Origin: a bacterium
GTDB lineage: Bacteria > Desulfobacterota > DSWW01
Reading direction: 5' to 3'
Length of the DNA stretch: 64,000 bases
Assembly (NCBI GenBank): GCA_040756235.1
Contig: JBFLZG010000114.1
Coordinates: 73,125 to 137,124 of the forward strand
Shown one piece after another: positions 23,322 to 33,547 of the stretch. Numbering within the stretch: position 1 is the first letter of the stretch; every line of letters begins with the position of its first letter. Position numbers and translations under genes: made by a program. The notes beneath the pieces were generated by a model. It saw only the letters and a program-made list of their open reading frames with translations. It ran no database searches and was not told the DNA's origin.

Positions 23322-25262
23322 ATGCAAAGGGTCACTCGTCTTCTGCCAGGTGTTTTTCGCAGGCACCCGCGGCCGCTGCTCGTAGCATGCGCGGTCATTT
23401 TGGCCTGCACCGCGTTTGCCCCACCTGCAGCATTCCCGATCCAGTTCAACGTGGGGTCCATCGAGGGCAGCCTCGACACGACGGTCTCGACCGGCGCCTC
23501 GGTGCGCGTGGGCGAGCGCAACCCGGAGCTGATCGCCGTCTCCAACGGCGGCAAGGCGAACACGGCCAACGGCGACGACGGCAACCTGAACTTCGGGCAA
23601 TGGGATCTGGTCTCACTTAATGCAAAGGTCCTTCACGAGCTCGATCTCTCGTGGAAGAATTTCGGGTTCTTCGGCCGCATGTATTACTTCTATGACTGGG
23701 CCATCATGGAGATCGACCCCGAGCGCACGGCTTTCAGCGAGTCCGCCCAGCGGCGTGCCGGGATGAACATCAAGTTTCTGGATGCCTACCTCAAGGGCGA
23801 CTTCGAGCTGGCCGGCCAGCCCTTGACCCTGCGCGTGGGCAACCAGGTGCTCAACTGGGGAGAGAGCACCTTCATTCAGAACGGCATCAGCGTCATCAAC
23901 CCGGTCGACGTTTCGGTGCTGCGCGTTGCCGGCGCGGAGCTCAAGGAAGCGCTTCTGCCGGTTCCGATGATCAACCTGAGCGCCGGCATCACGAACAACC
24001 TTTCGATCGAGGGCTTCTACCAGTTTTACTGGGACAATACCGAGATCGAGCCGAACGGCACCTTCTTCTCCACCACCGACTTCTTCAGCCCCGGCGGATC
24101 CAGGGCCTTCCTGGCTTTCGGCAAAAACCCTCCCGACGGGCCCAAGGATTATCCTGCGACAGAGGTGGATGCGCCTCTGGGTCCCTATTTTTCCCGGCTC
24201 GGGGATGACGAGCCGGACGATCAGGGTCAGGGCGGGGCCGCTCTCCGGTATTTCGCTCCCTGGCTGAACGAGACCGAGTTCGGCGTTTACTACGTTCGCT
24301 TCCACAGCCGACTGCCCCTTGCAAACGGGCGGACGGGTCCGCCACCCCCTATCACGGCAGACCCTCAGACGGCTGAAGAAGTGATCGCTCTTCTCGAATA
24401 CGGTTTGGCCAACGGGGATTATGCGAAGACGGCCGGCCTCTATCGCACCTTCCCGGAAGGCCTGCAGCTGGTCGGGGGGAGTTTCAGTACGGATCTCCCG
24501 TTCGGCATTGCAGCCCAGGGAGAGGTGAGCTATCACTGGGATCAGCCCATCCAGGTGGACGACGTGGAGCTTTCCTTCGCAACGCTTTCACCCATGGATC
24601 CGTTCCTCAACACACTCGCAGGCCTACAGGCGACCCTCGCAGGGCAAGAGCCGCCTCCCCCGGGACCCATCTTCGGAAACAGTCAGCTGGGGGCACAGGA
24701 TTTCAATCAGGACGTCAAGGGCTATCGCCGCAAGGAGTACGTCCAGCCTCAGCTCACCCTGACCAAGATCTTTGGCCCGACCCTCGGGACCGACCAGATC
24801 GTGCTGCTCGGAGAAGTCGGCGCCGACTGGTTCTTCGGCATGGAGGCCAAGAGCAAGCTCCGCTACGAAGGGCCCGGCACCTTCACGAGCGCCAATCCGG
24901 TTTACCTGGAGGACAGCGGCACCGTCGCCTCCCTGGTCGAAATGCCCGGGGTCACGGCCGGCGGCTTTGCCGATGACTTCTCCTGGGGCTATCGCATCGC
25001 TACCCGAGTCGACTTCAACAACGCCATCGGGCCGGTCAACCTCAAACCCTCCGTCGCCTTCTCCCATGACGTGAACGGCACGACGCCTTCGCCGATCGGG
25101 AATTTCGTGGAGGATCGCAAGACCGTGACCGCTACGTTGACGGCCGAATATCTCAACATGCTCCGGGCCGCCGTCTCCTACACGAACTACTTCGATGGCG
25201 GCCAGCGCAATCTTCTCAACGATAGGGATTTTGTCTCGGTGGCAGCCAGCTTGTCCTTCTAG
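23322..25262 (+). CDS. DUF1302 family outer-membrane protein
   Basis: Signal peptide; NGDDGNLNF, GNQVLNWGESTFIQNGI, HSRLP; C-terminal DRDFVSVAASLSF ends in Phe like a beta-barrel. Confidence 0.88.
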   Translation: MQRVTRLLPGVFRRHPRPLLVACAVILACTAFAPPAAFPIQFNVGSIEGSLDTTVSTGASVRVGERNPELIAVSNGGKANTANGDDGNLNFGQWDLVSLNAKVLHELDLSWKNFGFFGRMYYFYDWAIMEIDPERTAFSESAQRRAGMNIKFLDAYLKGDFELAGQPLTLRVGNQVLNWGESTFIQNGISVINPVDVSVLRVAGAELKEALLPVPMINLSAGITNNLSIEGFYQFYWDNTEIEPNGTFFSTTDFFSPGGSRAFLAFGKNPPDGPKDYPATEVDAPLGPYFSRLGDDEPDDQGQGGAALRYFAPWLNETEFGVYYVRFHSRLPLANGRTGPPPPITADPQTAEEVIALLEYGLANGDYAKTAGLYRTFPEGLQLVGGSFSTDLPFGIAAQGEVSYHWDQPIQVDDVELSFATLSPMDPFLNTLAGLQATLAGQEPPPPGPIFGNSQLGAQDFNQDVKGYRRKEYVQPQLTLTKIFGPTLGTDQIVLLGEVGADWFFGMEAKSKLRYEGPGTFTSANPVYLEDSGTVASLVEMPGVTAGGFADDFSWGYRIATRVDFNNAIGPVNLKPSVAFSHDVNGTTPSPIGNFVEDRKTVTATLTAEYLNMLRAAVSYTNYFDGGQRNLLNDRDFVSVAASLSF

Positions 25263-25299
25263 AAAGGCCTGCTGCACGATAGGGAAAGGGGAGAACAAG

Positions 25300-26664
25300 A
25301 TGATCAAGAGGCTCATGTTACTCGGCGCTGGGTTGTCGATCCTGCTCTGGACGGCCATCCCCCTCGAAGCCAAGGTGACCCCGGAGGAAGCTGCAAAGCT
25401 CAACGGCGAGTTGACGCCGGCAGGCGCGATACGGGCGGGAAATCAGGACGGCACCATACCGGAATGGACCGGGGGCGTCACCAAGTGCGAGGAGGGCCGG
25501 AAAGAGGGAGACGCCTACAAGCAGCCGTTTCCCCCGGACAAGGTCCTCTACACGATCACGCCCCAGAACATGGACCAGTACGCGGACAAGCTGACCGAAG
25601 GCTACAAAGCCATGTTCAAGCGCTACCCGGATACCTGGAAGATGAACGTCTACCCGACGCACCGCACCGCCGCATGGCCGCAGCGGATTTACGATGCCAC
25701 GATCCGGAACGCCACGACGGCGGAGCTGAGCGAGGGCGGCAACGGCGTCCTCAACGCCACGGAAGGGGCTCCCTTCCCGATCCCCAAGGAGGGGATCGAA
25801 GCGATCTGGAACCACCTCCTGCGCTACCGCGGCGAGTCGATCTACAGGATGTACGGACAGATCGCGGTGACTTCGAGCGGTGCATTCACTCCGGTCGTGA
25901 TGGAAGAAAAGATCATGCTGCCCTACGCGCAGCCCGGCGCCACGATCGAGAGCGTGAACAACGTTTCCGTCTACTTCTTGCAGGAGGTCATGGCGCCTGC
26001 CCGGCTGGCCGGCGAAATTCTTCTCGTCATCGACACGATCGACCAGGTCAGGCAGCCGCGCAGCGCCTGGACCTACAACCCGGGCCAGCGTCGGGTCCGG
26101 CGGGCGCCGAACATCGCCTATGACAATCCCGGCACGGCTTCCGACGGCCTCAGGACATCGGATCAGCTCGACATGTTCAACGGCGCTCCGGACCGCTACA
26201 ACTGGAAGCTCGTGGGCAGGAAGGAGATGCTCGTCGGGTACAACGACTACGAGCTCCAGAACCCGAACTTGAAATACAAAGACATCCTGCACGCAGGGCA
26301 TACGAATCCGGAAGTGCTCCACTACGAGCTGCACCGGGTCTGGGTGGTCGATGCCACGGTCAAGGAGGGCACGAGCCACATCTATGCTCGAAGGACTTTC
26401 TATTTCGACGAGGACAGCTGGCAGGCTCTGGCAATTGACATCTACGACGCCCGGGGCCAGATCTGGCGCGTGCACGAGGCCCATCCCATCGTGTACTGCG
26501 ATGTTCCCTTTCTCGGCCCGGTGGGCGAATTCAGCTACGATCTGCAGAACGGCCGGTACCTCGCCGTGGGCCTGACCAACGAGACCCAAAGCTGGAAGTT
26601 CAACGTGAGGTATAACTTGGAAGACTTCACCCCTGATTCCATGAGACGCGCCGGAAAGAGATAA
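25300..26664 (+). CDS. DUF1329 family periplasmic protein
   Basis: LTPAGAIRAGNQDGTIPEWTGG, AWTYNPGQRRVRRAP, YELHRVWVV, FYFDEDSW; start at ATG 25300. Confidence 0.9.
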   Translation: MIKRLMLLGAGLSILLWTAIPLEAKVTPEEAAKLNGELTPAGAIRAGNQDGTIPEWTGGVTKCEEGRKEGDAYKQPFPPDKVLYTITPQNMDQYADKLTEGYKAMFKRYPDTWKMNVYPTHRTAAWPQRIYDATIRNATTAELSEGGNGVLNATEGAPFPIPKEGIEAIWNHLLRYRGESIYRMYGQIAVTSSGAFTPVVMEEKIMLPYAQPGATIESVNNVSVYFLQEVMAPARLAGEILLVIDTIDQVRQPRSAWTYNPGQRRVRRAPNIAYDNPGTASDGLRTSDQLDMFNGAPDRYNWKLVGRKEMLVGYNDYELQNPNLKYKDILHAGHTNPEVLHYELHRVWVVDATVKEGTSHIYARRTFYFDEDSWQALAIDIYDARGQIWRVHEAHPIVYCDVPFLGPVGEFSYDLQNGRYLAVGLTNETQSWKFNVRYNLEDFTPDSMRRAGKR

Positions 26665-26784
26665 TCCTGAGGGACGATGCGTGCATGGACGCCCAGCCTG
26701 CCCCGGCCTTCGCCGGGGCAGGTTCCCCCAGCCTCCAGGCCTCTGAGTGCGACGCCGCAGATGGCCGTATATATCGACAGCCTC
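26665..26784 (-). mobile_element. MITE-like element, truncated copy
   Basis: Reverse complement begins GAGGCTGTCGATATATACGGCCATCTGCGGCGTCGCACTC and contains CCCCGGCGAAGGCCGGGG. Confidence 0.75.
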
Positions 26785-26799
26785 AGGAGGGAAGGTGAC

Positions 26800-27819
26800 G
26801 TGACCACGCGAGATCGATCGCGCTTCTTCAAGGCCCCATGGCCTGCATTCGTTTCCCTGGTGACGGTGACCCTGTGGGTTCTCTTGCCGCCCTGCCCCGT
26901 GCCGGCTTCCGACGATGCGCAGGAGCCGGCGCCCGAGGAGTGGAGCGAACCGGCGCGGCTCGCGCCGCAGTCCCTCCTCCTGGATGCAGCGCATCTGGAC
27001 GGGCGGCTGGTCGTGGTCGGAGAGCGGGGGCACGTGCTTCTGTCGGAAGACGGAGGGGTCAACTGGACCCAGGCTCGAGTTCCGACGCGGAGCCTCTTGA
27101 CGGCTGCGACCGCGGTCGGCGGCCGCTACGTCTGGGCGGTCGGTCATGATTCCGTGATTCTGCACAGTGCCGACGCCGGGTCCACTTGGACGCGGCAGTT
27201 CTATGCGCCAGAGGACGAAAGGCCGCTGCTGGACGTCTGGTTCGAGAACCCGGAGCACGGCCTGGCCATCGGCGCCTACGGTCTCTTTCTCGAGACCAAA
27301 GACGGCGGCAAGACTTGGGAGGAGCGTACCGTCGATCAAGAAGAGCGGCATTGGAACGCGATCACCGCAGGCCCGGGCGGCACGCTCTACGTGGCAGCGG
27401 AATCCGGTGCCGTGTTCCGGTCCGCGGACCGCGGACAGAGCTGGGAGCTTCTGGAGACCCCTTATCAAGGCTCATACCTGGGCGTGCTGAGCGTCACCAA
27501 TAGAACGCTTCTGATCTTCGGACTGCGGGGCAACGTGTACCGGTCCGCGGATCGGGGCGAGACCTGGCAGCATGTCCCGACGGACACGACCGTCACCCTC
27601 ATGGGTGGGGGCCAGCTCTCCGACGGGACCGTGCTGATCGTCGGATTGAGCGGGGCGGTTCTGACCAGCCGTGACAAAGGCGAGAGTTTCCGCACGACGA
27701 ACCTTCCGGACCGCAAAGCGCTTTCAACTGTCATCGAAAATGGCCCGCGAGGCCTCTTGCTGCTGGGCGAAAGCGGGGTCGATCTGATGGAAGAGGTCCC
27801 GAGCTCTCCTTCCACCTGA
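26800..27819 (+). CDS. YCF48/BNR-repeat beta-propeller protein
   Basis: VGERGHVLLSEDGGVNW and repeated SxDxGxxW BNR motifs. Likely GTG start at 26800 after AGGAGG; the upstream ORF extension is MITE sequence. Confidence 0.85.
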   Translation: MTTRDRSRFFKAPWPAFVSLVTVTLWVLLPPCPVPASDDAQEPAPEEWSEPARLAPQSLLLDAAHLDGRLVVVGERGHVLLSEDGGVNWTQARVPTRSLLTAATAVGGRYVWAVGHDSVILHSADAGSTWTRQFYAPEDERPLLDVWFENPEHGLAIGAYGLFLETKDGGKTWEERTVDQEERHWNAITAGPGGTLYVAAESGAVFRSADRGQSWELLETPYQGSYLGVLSVTNRTLLIFGLRGNVYRSADRGETWQHVPTDTTVTLMGGGQLSDGTVLIVGLSGAVLTSRDKGESFRTTNLPDRKALSTVIENGPRGLLLLGESGVDLMEEVPSSPST

Positions 27820-27928
27820 GGGTGTCTGAGAGCGAGCACTCTTTCGAAGCCTGGTGCGAAATAGCCGTACGCAGCAGGTTCCGCAGAGGGCCTTACGTCT
27901 GCACCCTCCACCTGACGTGGGAAGACCG

Positions 27929-30289
27929 ATGCTAAGAGACAGAGTCATCGCTGCCATCGAGGGGTTCGTCTTCATTCACCGGCGGTTCGTTCTGGCCTTC
28001 TTTGCCGCGTTCACGCTTCTCATGGCCTATTACGCGACCCATCTGAGGATCGATGCGGGTTTCGAGAAGCTCCTGCCCTATGACCACCCCTACATCGAGA
28101 CCTTCAAGCAATACCGGAGCGATTTCGGCGGGGCCGACCGGATCCTGGTCGCGGTCCGGGCCACGGAAGGGGACATGTTCACCCCTGAGTTCTTCAAGAT
28201 CCTGAAGGGGGTCACGGACGAGGTCTTCTTCCTGCCCGGCGTGGACCGCAGCAGGGTTCAGTCCATCTTCACGCCCAATGTCCGGTTCATCGAGATCGTG
28301 GAAGGCGGGTTCTCCGGCGGCAATGTCATGCCGGCCGAATTCCAGCCGACCCCCGAGGGCATGGCGGAGGTGCGGGAGAACATCCTGAAAGCGGGAATCG
28401 TAGGCCGCCTGGTGGCAAACGACTTCACCGCCGCCATGGTAAGCGCCCAGCTGGCGGAAATCGACCCCGCCACCGGGGAGCGCCTCAACTACATCGATTT
28501 TGCCCACAAACTGGAAGAGAAGGCCCGCAAGCCTTTCGAGAACGAGCGGTTCGAAATCCACATCATCGGCTTCGCCAAGATGATCGGGGACATTGCCGAC
28601 GGGGCTGCCGGGGTGGTCGCGTTCTTCGGGGTGGCGGCCCTGATCACCTACCTGCTGGTCTTCTTCTTCACCCATTCCCAGCGCGTCACCCTGCTGGCGA
28701 TCCTGTGCTCGGCCATCGGCGTGCTTTGGGACCTGGGATTGCTGATGATGCTCGGTTTCGGCATCGACCCGATGTCGATCCTGGTCCCCTTCCTGGTTTT
28801 CGCGATCGGGTGCTCTCATGCGGTCCAGATGTCCAACGCCTACTCGGCGGAGCTCCAGCTCGGGGCCGACAACGTATCGGCCGCTCGAGCCGCTTTCAGG
28901 CGCCTCGTCATCCCGGGCACGGTCGCCCTGGTCACGGACAGCGTCGGTTTCCTGACGATCTCTTTCATCAAGATCCGCATGATCCAGGAGCTCGCCATCG
29001 TGGCCGGCCTCGGGGTGATGCTGCTCCTGTTCACCAACCTCTTTCTGCTCCCGGTCCTCCTCTCCTACCTCCGGCTCGGGGATGCCTATCGGGCGCGCAT
29101 GATCCGGTGGTCGGAATTCAGGGAGCGGCTGTGGAAACCCTTGTCTGCCGTGGCGGAGAGGAAGTGGGCGCCCGTGATCCTGGGGGTGGCCGTGCTGCTG
29201 TTCGCGTTCGGCCTCTACGAAGCCAAGAGGCTGCAGATCGGGGATATCCAGGCGGGGGTGCCGGAGCTGCGTCCGGACGCCCGCTACAACCGGGACGCGT
29301 ACGTGATCACGAGCAAGTTCTCCATCGGCGTAGACATTCTGAGCACCATCGTCGAGACCGGCCCGGACGGCTGCATCGAGCACGACGTCATGGCGGAGAT
29401 GGACCGCTTCGACTGGCGGGTGGCGAACGTACCGGGCGTGCAGTCCACGATTTCCATGCCTCAGGTGGCGAAACGGATCAGCTCCGGCTGGAACGAGGGG
29501 AGTCTGAAGTGGCGCACCCTGCCGCGCAGCTCTATCAACATGGTGCAGGCGGTGAGGCCGATCATCGAGAATCCCACGGGTCTGATGAACCGCGACTGCA
29601 GCGCCATGCCGGTACTGGCCTTCGCGGAAGACCACAAGGCGGAAACCATCCAGAGGATCGTGGATGCGGTCAAGGAGTTCTCCAACGGCGCCGAGAAGAA
29701 CAAATATCGGCTGGCCTCCGGCAATCTGGGCGTCATGGCGGCCACCAACGAGGAGGTGAAAAGGACCCAGTTCCCGATCCTCTTCTGGGTCTGGCTGGTG
29801 ACGGTCACCTTGTGTCTGATCAGCTTCCGCTCGCTGCGAGTCACGCTCTGCATCATCATCCCCTTGGGGGCGGTCTCGATTCTCTGCAACGGGCTCATGA
29901 GCCTGCTCGGCATCGGCCTCAAGGTGAACACGCTGCCGGTGGCCGCCCTGGGAGTCGGCATCGGAGTCGACTACGGAGTCTACATCTTCGGCCGTATGCA
30001 GGGGCTCCTCGCCCAGGGGAAGGGTCTGCGCGAGGCCTATCACGAGACCTTGCGCGTGACCGGGGCCGCCGTTCTGGTGACGGGCCTGACGCTGGCCATC
30101 GGCGTGGCCACCTGGGTGTTTTCGGCCCTCAAGTTCCAGGCCGACATGGGACTGCTGCTCTCCTTCGTATTTCTGGCCAACATGCTGGGAGCGCTGTTCG
30201 TGCTGCCGGCGCTGGCCTCGCTGTTCTTCCCCGCGGGCAGCAAGTCCGGAACCCGTGCGTCGGCGGCCAAACAGTCTTACGGAAGTTGA
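27929..30289 (+). CDS. RND/MMPL family transporter
   Basis: Two membrane halves with periplasmic loops; GIDPMSILVPFLVFAIGCSHAVQ, GVGIGVDYGVY, LKFQADMGLLL. Confidence 0.9.
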   Translation: MLRDRVIAAIEGFVFIHRRFVLAFFAAFTLLMAYYATHLRIDAGFEKLLPYDHPYIETFKQYRSDFGGADRILVAVRATEGDMFTPEFFKILKGVTDEVFFLPGVDRSRVQSIFTPNVRFIEIVEGGFSGGNVMPAEFQPTPEGMAEVRENILKAGIVGRLVANDFTAAMVSAQLAEIDPATGERLNYIDFAHKLEEKARKPFENERFEIHIIGFAKMIGDIADGAAGVVAFFGVAALITYLLVFFFTHSQRVTLLAILCSAIGVLWDLGLLMMLGFGIDPMSILVPFLVFAIGCSHAVQMSNAYSAELQLGADNVSAARAAFRRLVIPGTVALVTDSVGFLTISFIKIRMIQELAIVAGLGVMLLLFTNLFLLPVLLSYLRLGDAYRARMIRWSEFRERLWKPLSAVAERKWAPVILGVAVLLFAFGLYEAKRLQIGDIQAGVPELRPDARYNRDAYVITSKFSIGVDILSTIVETGPDGCIEHDVMAEMDRFDWRVANVPGVQSTISMPQVAKRISSGWNEGSLKWRTLPRSSINMVQAVRPIIENPTGLMNRDCSAMPVLAFAEDHKAETIQRIVDAVKEFSNGAEKNKYRLASGNLGVMAATNEEVKRTQFPILFWVWLVTVTLCLISFRSLRVTLCIIIPLGAVSILCNGLMSLLGIGLKVNTLPVAALGVGIGVDYGVYIFGRMQGLLAQGKGLREAYHETLRVTGAAVLVTGLTLAIGVATWVFSALKFQADMGLLLSFVFLANMLGALFVLPALASLFFPAGSKSGTRASAAKQSYGS

Positions 30290-30327
30290 GGCCGCGGGCT
30301 CACCGCCGGCCCTACTGGCTCGATTCA

Positions 30328-30400
30328 GAGGCTGCTCGAGAATGCCTTGGCTTGCGGACAAGCCGAACCACGCCGCAGATGGGCGTTTCGGGACAGCTTC
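30328..30400. mobile_element. internally deleted mini-MITE overlapping the radical SAM start
   Basis: Both family termini are present: GAGGCTGCTCGAGAATGCC and, as reverse complement, GAAGCTGTCCCGAAACGCCCATCTGCGGCGT. Central hairpin GGCTTG-CGGA-CAAGCC. Confidence 0.65.
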
Positions 30401-31595
30401 CAAGGCAGGACTGCTGGCCCAGTCCGCCCGCTTCGACCTCTGCGGAAACTGCGGCCGCCCCGGCAGCGGCAGGCAGCGCAGCGCTGCGCCGGAGGGGCGC
30501 TGGATCTATCCCTCCGCGCTTCCTGACGGCCGGACCGTCCGCCTGCTGAAGGTCCTCCAGACCAATCGCTGCACCAAGAACTGCCTCTACTGCGAGAATC
30601 GGGTTTCACGAGACATCCCGCGCGATACCTTTTCGCCCGAGGAGCTCGCCCGCCTGTTCGAGAATCTGCGTTCCGGAGGGGCTGCCGACGGCCTGTTCCT
30701 GAGCTCCTCGGTTTCCGGACGCCCCGACGGAGACATGGCCCGGATGATCGCCACGGCCGAGCTTCTCCGCCGGCGGTTCCGTTTCCGCGGCTATATTCAT
30801 ATGAAGATCCTGCCCGGCGCCAGCCGGCCGGCCATCGAGGCGGCGGCCCGGCTCGCAGACAGGATCTCGATCAATCTCGAAGCGCCGGGCCCGGCGGCCC
30901 TTGCGCGGATAGCGGCGCAGAAGGAGTTCCCCCGAGACATCGAGCCGCAGATCGCTTGGATCCAGCAGGCCGTCGAGGACCCCGGTCTGCGGGCAAGAAG
31001 CCACACGACCCAGTTCGTCGTCGGGGCCGCCGGCGAATCGGATCTGGAAATCCTCCGCTCAACGGACCTACTCTACAGAAAGCGGGGGCTGGAAAGGGCC
31101 TATTTCAGCGCCTATCAACCGCCGGACGAGAGCGCTCCCCTGACTTCGCCCCCTGTTCCGCTGATGCGGGAACACCGCCTGTACCAGGCCGACTTCCTGC
31201 TGCGGCGGTACCGCTTCGAGCTCGACGAGCTGGTGTTTCAAGCGGACGGGCTCCTCAGCCTGGAGGTCGACCCGAAACAGGCGTGGGCAGGGCGGCATCC
31301 GGAGTTCTTCCCGGTCGATCTGGCCAGAGCGCCGCTGGAGCTTCTGCTGCGGGTGCCGGGGATCGGACCGGTATCGGCCAAGCGGATCTGTTCCTGGAGA
31401 CGGAGCGGCGTGCTGCGAGAGGGGAGCGACCTGAAGCAGACGGGCGTCGTCCTCGGCAGGGCGGCCCCGTACAGCCTGTGGAAGGGAAGGCGCGTTTCCG
31501 CGGAAGAGGGGCAGCCGAGCTTGCCCTTCAGAGCCGAGCGGGACGGTGACCGGGCCGAGCCGCGGGGCGGGTGCCCGGCGTGGGGTGCTCTGTAG
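30342..31595 (+). CDS. putative DNA modification/repair radical SAM protein with HhH motif
   Basis: CTKNCLYC (CxxxCxxC), GLFLSS, GYIHMKILPGA, REHRLYQADFLLRRY, LLRVPGIGPVSAKRI; start uncertain. Confidence 0.85.
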   Translation: MPWLADKPNHAADGRFGTASKAGLLAQSARFDLCGNCGRPGSGRQRSAAPEGRWIYPSALPDGRTVRLLKVLQTNRCTKNCLYCENRVSRDIPRDTFSPEELARLFENLRSGGAADGLFLSSSVSGRPDGDMARMIATAELLRRRFRFRGYIHMKILPGASRPAIEAAARLADRISINLEAPGPAALARIAAQKEFPRDIEPQIAWIQQAVEDPGLRARSHTTQFVVGAAGESDLEILRSTDLLYRKRGLERAYFSAYQPPDESAPLTSPPVPLMREHRLYQADFLLRRYRFELDELVFQADGLLSLEVDPKQAWAGRHPEFFPVDLARAPLELLLRVPGIGPVSAKRICSWRRSGVLREGSDLKQTGVVLGRAAPYSLWKGRRVSAEEGQPSLPFRAERDGDRAEPRGGCPAWGAL

Positions 31596-31730
31596 GGCGC
31601 ACACCTCGGAGCGGGAGCACGGCCGGTGGGGGCCGCCGTCAGGAGAAGCATATGGAGAGTGTACATTTCGTATACAAGTGATTTAGGCTTGATTCGCCGG
31701 GTCGTGTTGTGCTAAAAAGAAACCATTCCA

Positions 31731-31974
31731 TTCCCGTGCGGTGCCCGTAACAGGGCTGAAAAGGGAAGCCGGTAGCTCAGAAAAGGGCCTTTTCAAGAGC
31801 CTGTCGACAATCCGGCACGGTCCCGCCGCTGTATCCGGGGACGAAACCCGAAGGACACCACTGCTCCTCAAGCCAACGGCTGAGGCCGGCCAGAAGAGTG
31901 CACCGGCCCCAAAGGGGAGCGGGAAGGTTCGGGGACTAGGACGATCCGGGAGTCAGAAGACCTGCCCACGGGAA
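31731..31974 (+). ncRNA. cobalamin riboswitch
   Basis: P1 TTCCCGTG/CACGGGAA; GGTGCCC, AAAAGGGAAGCCGGT, AATCCGGC, CCCGCCGCTGT, CCACTG...GGGAAGG and the B12 box GAGTCAGAAGACCTGCC; upstream of a TonB receptor operon. Confidence 0.92.
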
Positions 31975-32033
31975 CGGGGAACGCCGTCGCGTGAAACGGT
32001 GGAGCCCCCCTGAAGGACGAAGAAACCGGGTGC

Positions 32034-32073
32034 AGTCCTTGGGCTTCTATCGAGGTCCAAGGACTTTTTTTTT
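32034..32073 (+). terminator. intrinsic terminator, likely riboswitch expression platform
   Basis: AGTCCTTGG...CCAAGGACT stem followed by a long T tract. Confidence 0.8.
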
Positions 32074-32233
32074 GAGGCTGTCGATAAACGGCCATCTGCG
32101 GCGTTGCGCTCATGGCGAAGGGAGGCCGGGGGAGCTTGCCCCGGCGCAGGCCGGGGTCCAACCGTGACCCCCGATTACGCCTCATTCCTCAGGATGTCGC
32201 GCGCCTTGCATCTGGCCATTTCTCAGCAGCCTC
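32074..32233 (+). mobile_element. MITE-like element, full length
   Basis: GAGGCTGTCGATAAACGGCCATCTGC ... GCATCTGGCCATTTCTCAGCAGCCTC terminal inverted repeats; shared internal TACGCCTCATTCCTCAGGA. Confidence 0.8.
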
Positions 32234-32367
32234 TCAAGAAGGTTTTCCAGCACCCTCTTTCACGGGGCAGACTCCGATTGCCCGAGGCGCTCCGTAGCGG
32301 GAGCGCTTCTCCGAGGGCATCCGCCCCGGGGGCAAACAATCGAACCTGTGGGGAAGGAGCAACGGAC

Positions 32368-33510
32368 ATGGAGCAAAAGAAATGGGCCCGCCTGCTGCGG
32401 CGCGTGGCGCCGGCTTCCTGGATCCTCTTTGCGGCATGGGCAGCCGCGCTGGCCGGCTGCAGCGATGTGAGCCGGATCGTCGTCGTCAACGGATCGGCGA
32501 GCGCCATGTCCGTGCTCGACCTGGCGCTCCCTCCACGGCTCACGGACGGCTTCGGAGGGATCGAGCTCGGGCCGAGCGCCAACCGTGTCGTCGTCCGGGG
32601 ACCGGAAGCCTTTGTCGTCAGCTCCGGCACTTTCGGCAGCGCTCAAGACGCGAGCATCCGGGTGATCGATCTCGAGTCCGCCTCGGTCGTCCGGACGATC
32701 CCGCTTCCCGACGGGGACAGCCCCTGGGCCATGGCCTTCGTGGACGACCACAAGGCCTACGTCACGAACCTTTACGCGGATTCCATCACGATCGTGGACC
32801 CGCAGCTCGACGGCGCCGCGGCCATCCTCGGCCGAATCGACCTTCATGAAGGATCCGCGCCCGAGGGGATCATCGTGCACGAGGGTCGAGCCTACACGGC
32901 CAACACCGGGCTGAGCCTCGAGACTTTTCTGTACGGCCCCGGGACCCTGTCCGTGATCGACACGAGCTCGGACACGGTCGTGGACGCGGACGGCGACCCC
33001 TCCAACGGCGCGGACACGCCGGTGTCCCTCGCCGGTGTCAACGCCCAGGATCTCGAGGTGGACCCGGGCGGCGCACTCTGGGTCGCCTGCACCGGAGACT
33101 GGGCCGCGACTGCAGGAACCGTGGACATCGTGGATACGGCGACCCTGTCCCTCGAGGACTCGTTGGCCGTAGGCGGTGCACCCGGAGCGGTCGGGATCGG
33201 CGCCGGCGTGGTCCTCCTGGGAGACGGCGCCGGGGCCCGTCTGTTTGCAGCGGACCTTCAAAGCCGGACGGTCATCCACGACGCTTCCAACCCTGTGGTC
33301 CTCTCCACCACCCCCTGGAGCTTCGTGCCGGAAATCCGGTTCGACCGGAGCGGCCAGGTGGCCTATGCCCTGGGGTACATGGATGACGCGATCTTCGAGA
33401 TGATCGTCCCGAACGGCCGGGTCAAGCTGCGGAACCAGTATCGCCTGGAGGCCGGGAGCGGCCCGGCCGGCCTCGCACTGGTGTACGAGCAAGACCCGGA
33501 CATGGACTGA
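32368..33510 (+). CDS. YncE/YVTN beta-propeller lipoprotein (BtuG-like candidate)
   Basis: Lipobox [30 protein letters not shown]; first gene after the B12 riboswitch; start at ATG 32368 after AAGGAG. Confidence 0.75.
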   Translation: MEQKKWARLLRRVAPASWILFAAWAAALAGCSDVSRIVVVNGSASAMSVLDLALPPRLTDGFGGIELGPSANRVVVRGPEAFVVSSGTFGSAQDASIRVIDLESASVVRTIPLPDGDSPWAMAFVDDHKAYVTNLYADSITIVDPQLDGAAAILGRIDLHEGSAPEGIIVHEGRAYTANTGLSLETFLYGPGTLSVIDTSSDTVVDADGDPSNGADTPVSLAGVNAQDLEVDPGGALWVACTGDWAATAGTVDIVDTATLSLEDSLAVGGAPGAVGIGAGVVLLGDGAGARLFAADLQSRTVIHDASNPVVLSTTPWSFVPEIRFDRSGQVAYALGYMDDAIFEMIVPNGRVKLRNQYRLEAGSGPAGLALVYEQDPDMD

Positions 33511-33547
33511 TCCGATCTTCCGGATCTTGGACAAGGAGGAAAAAGCC

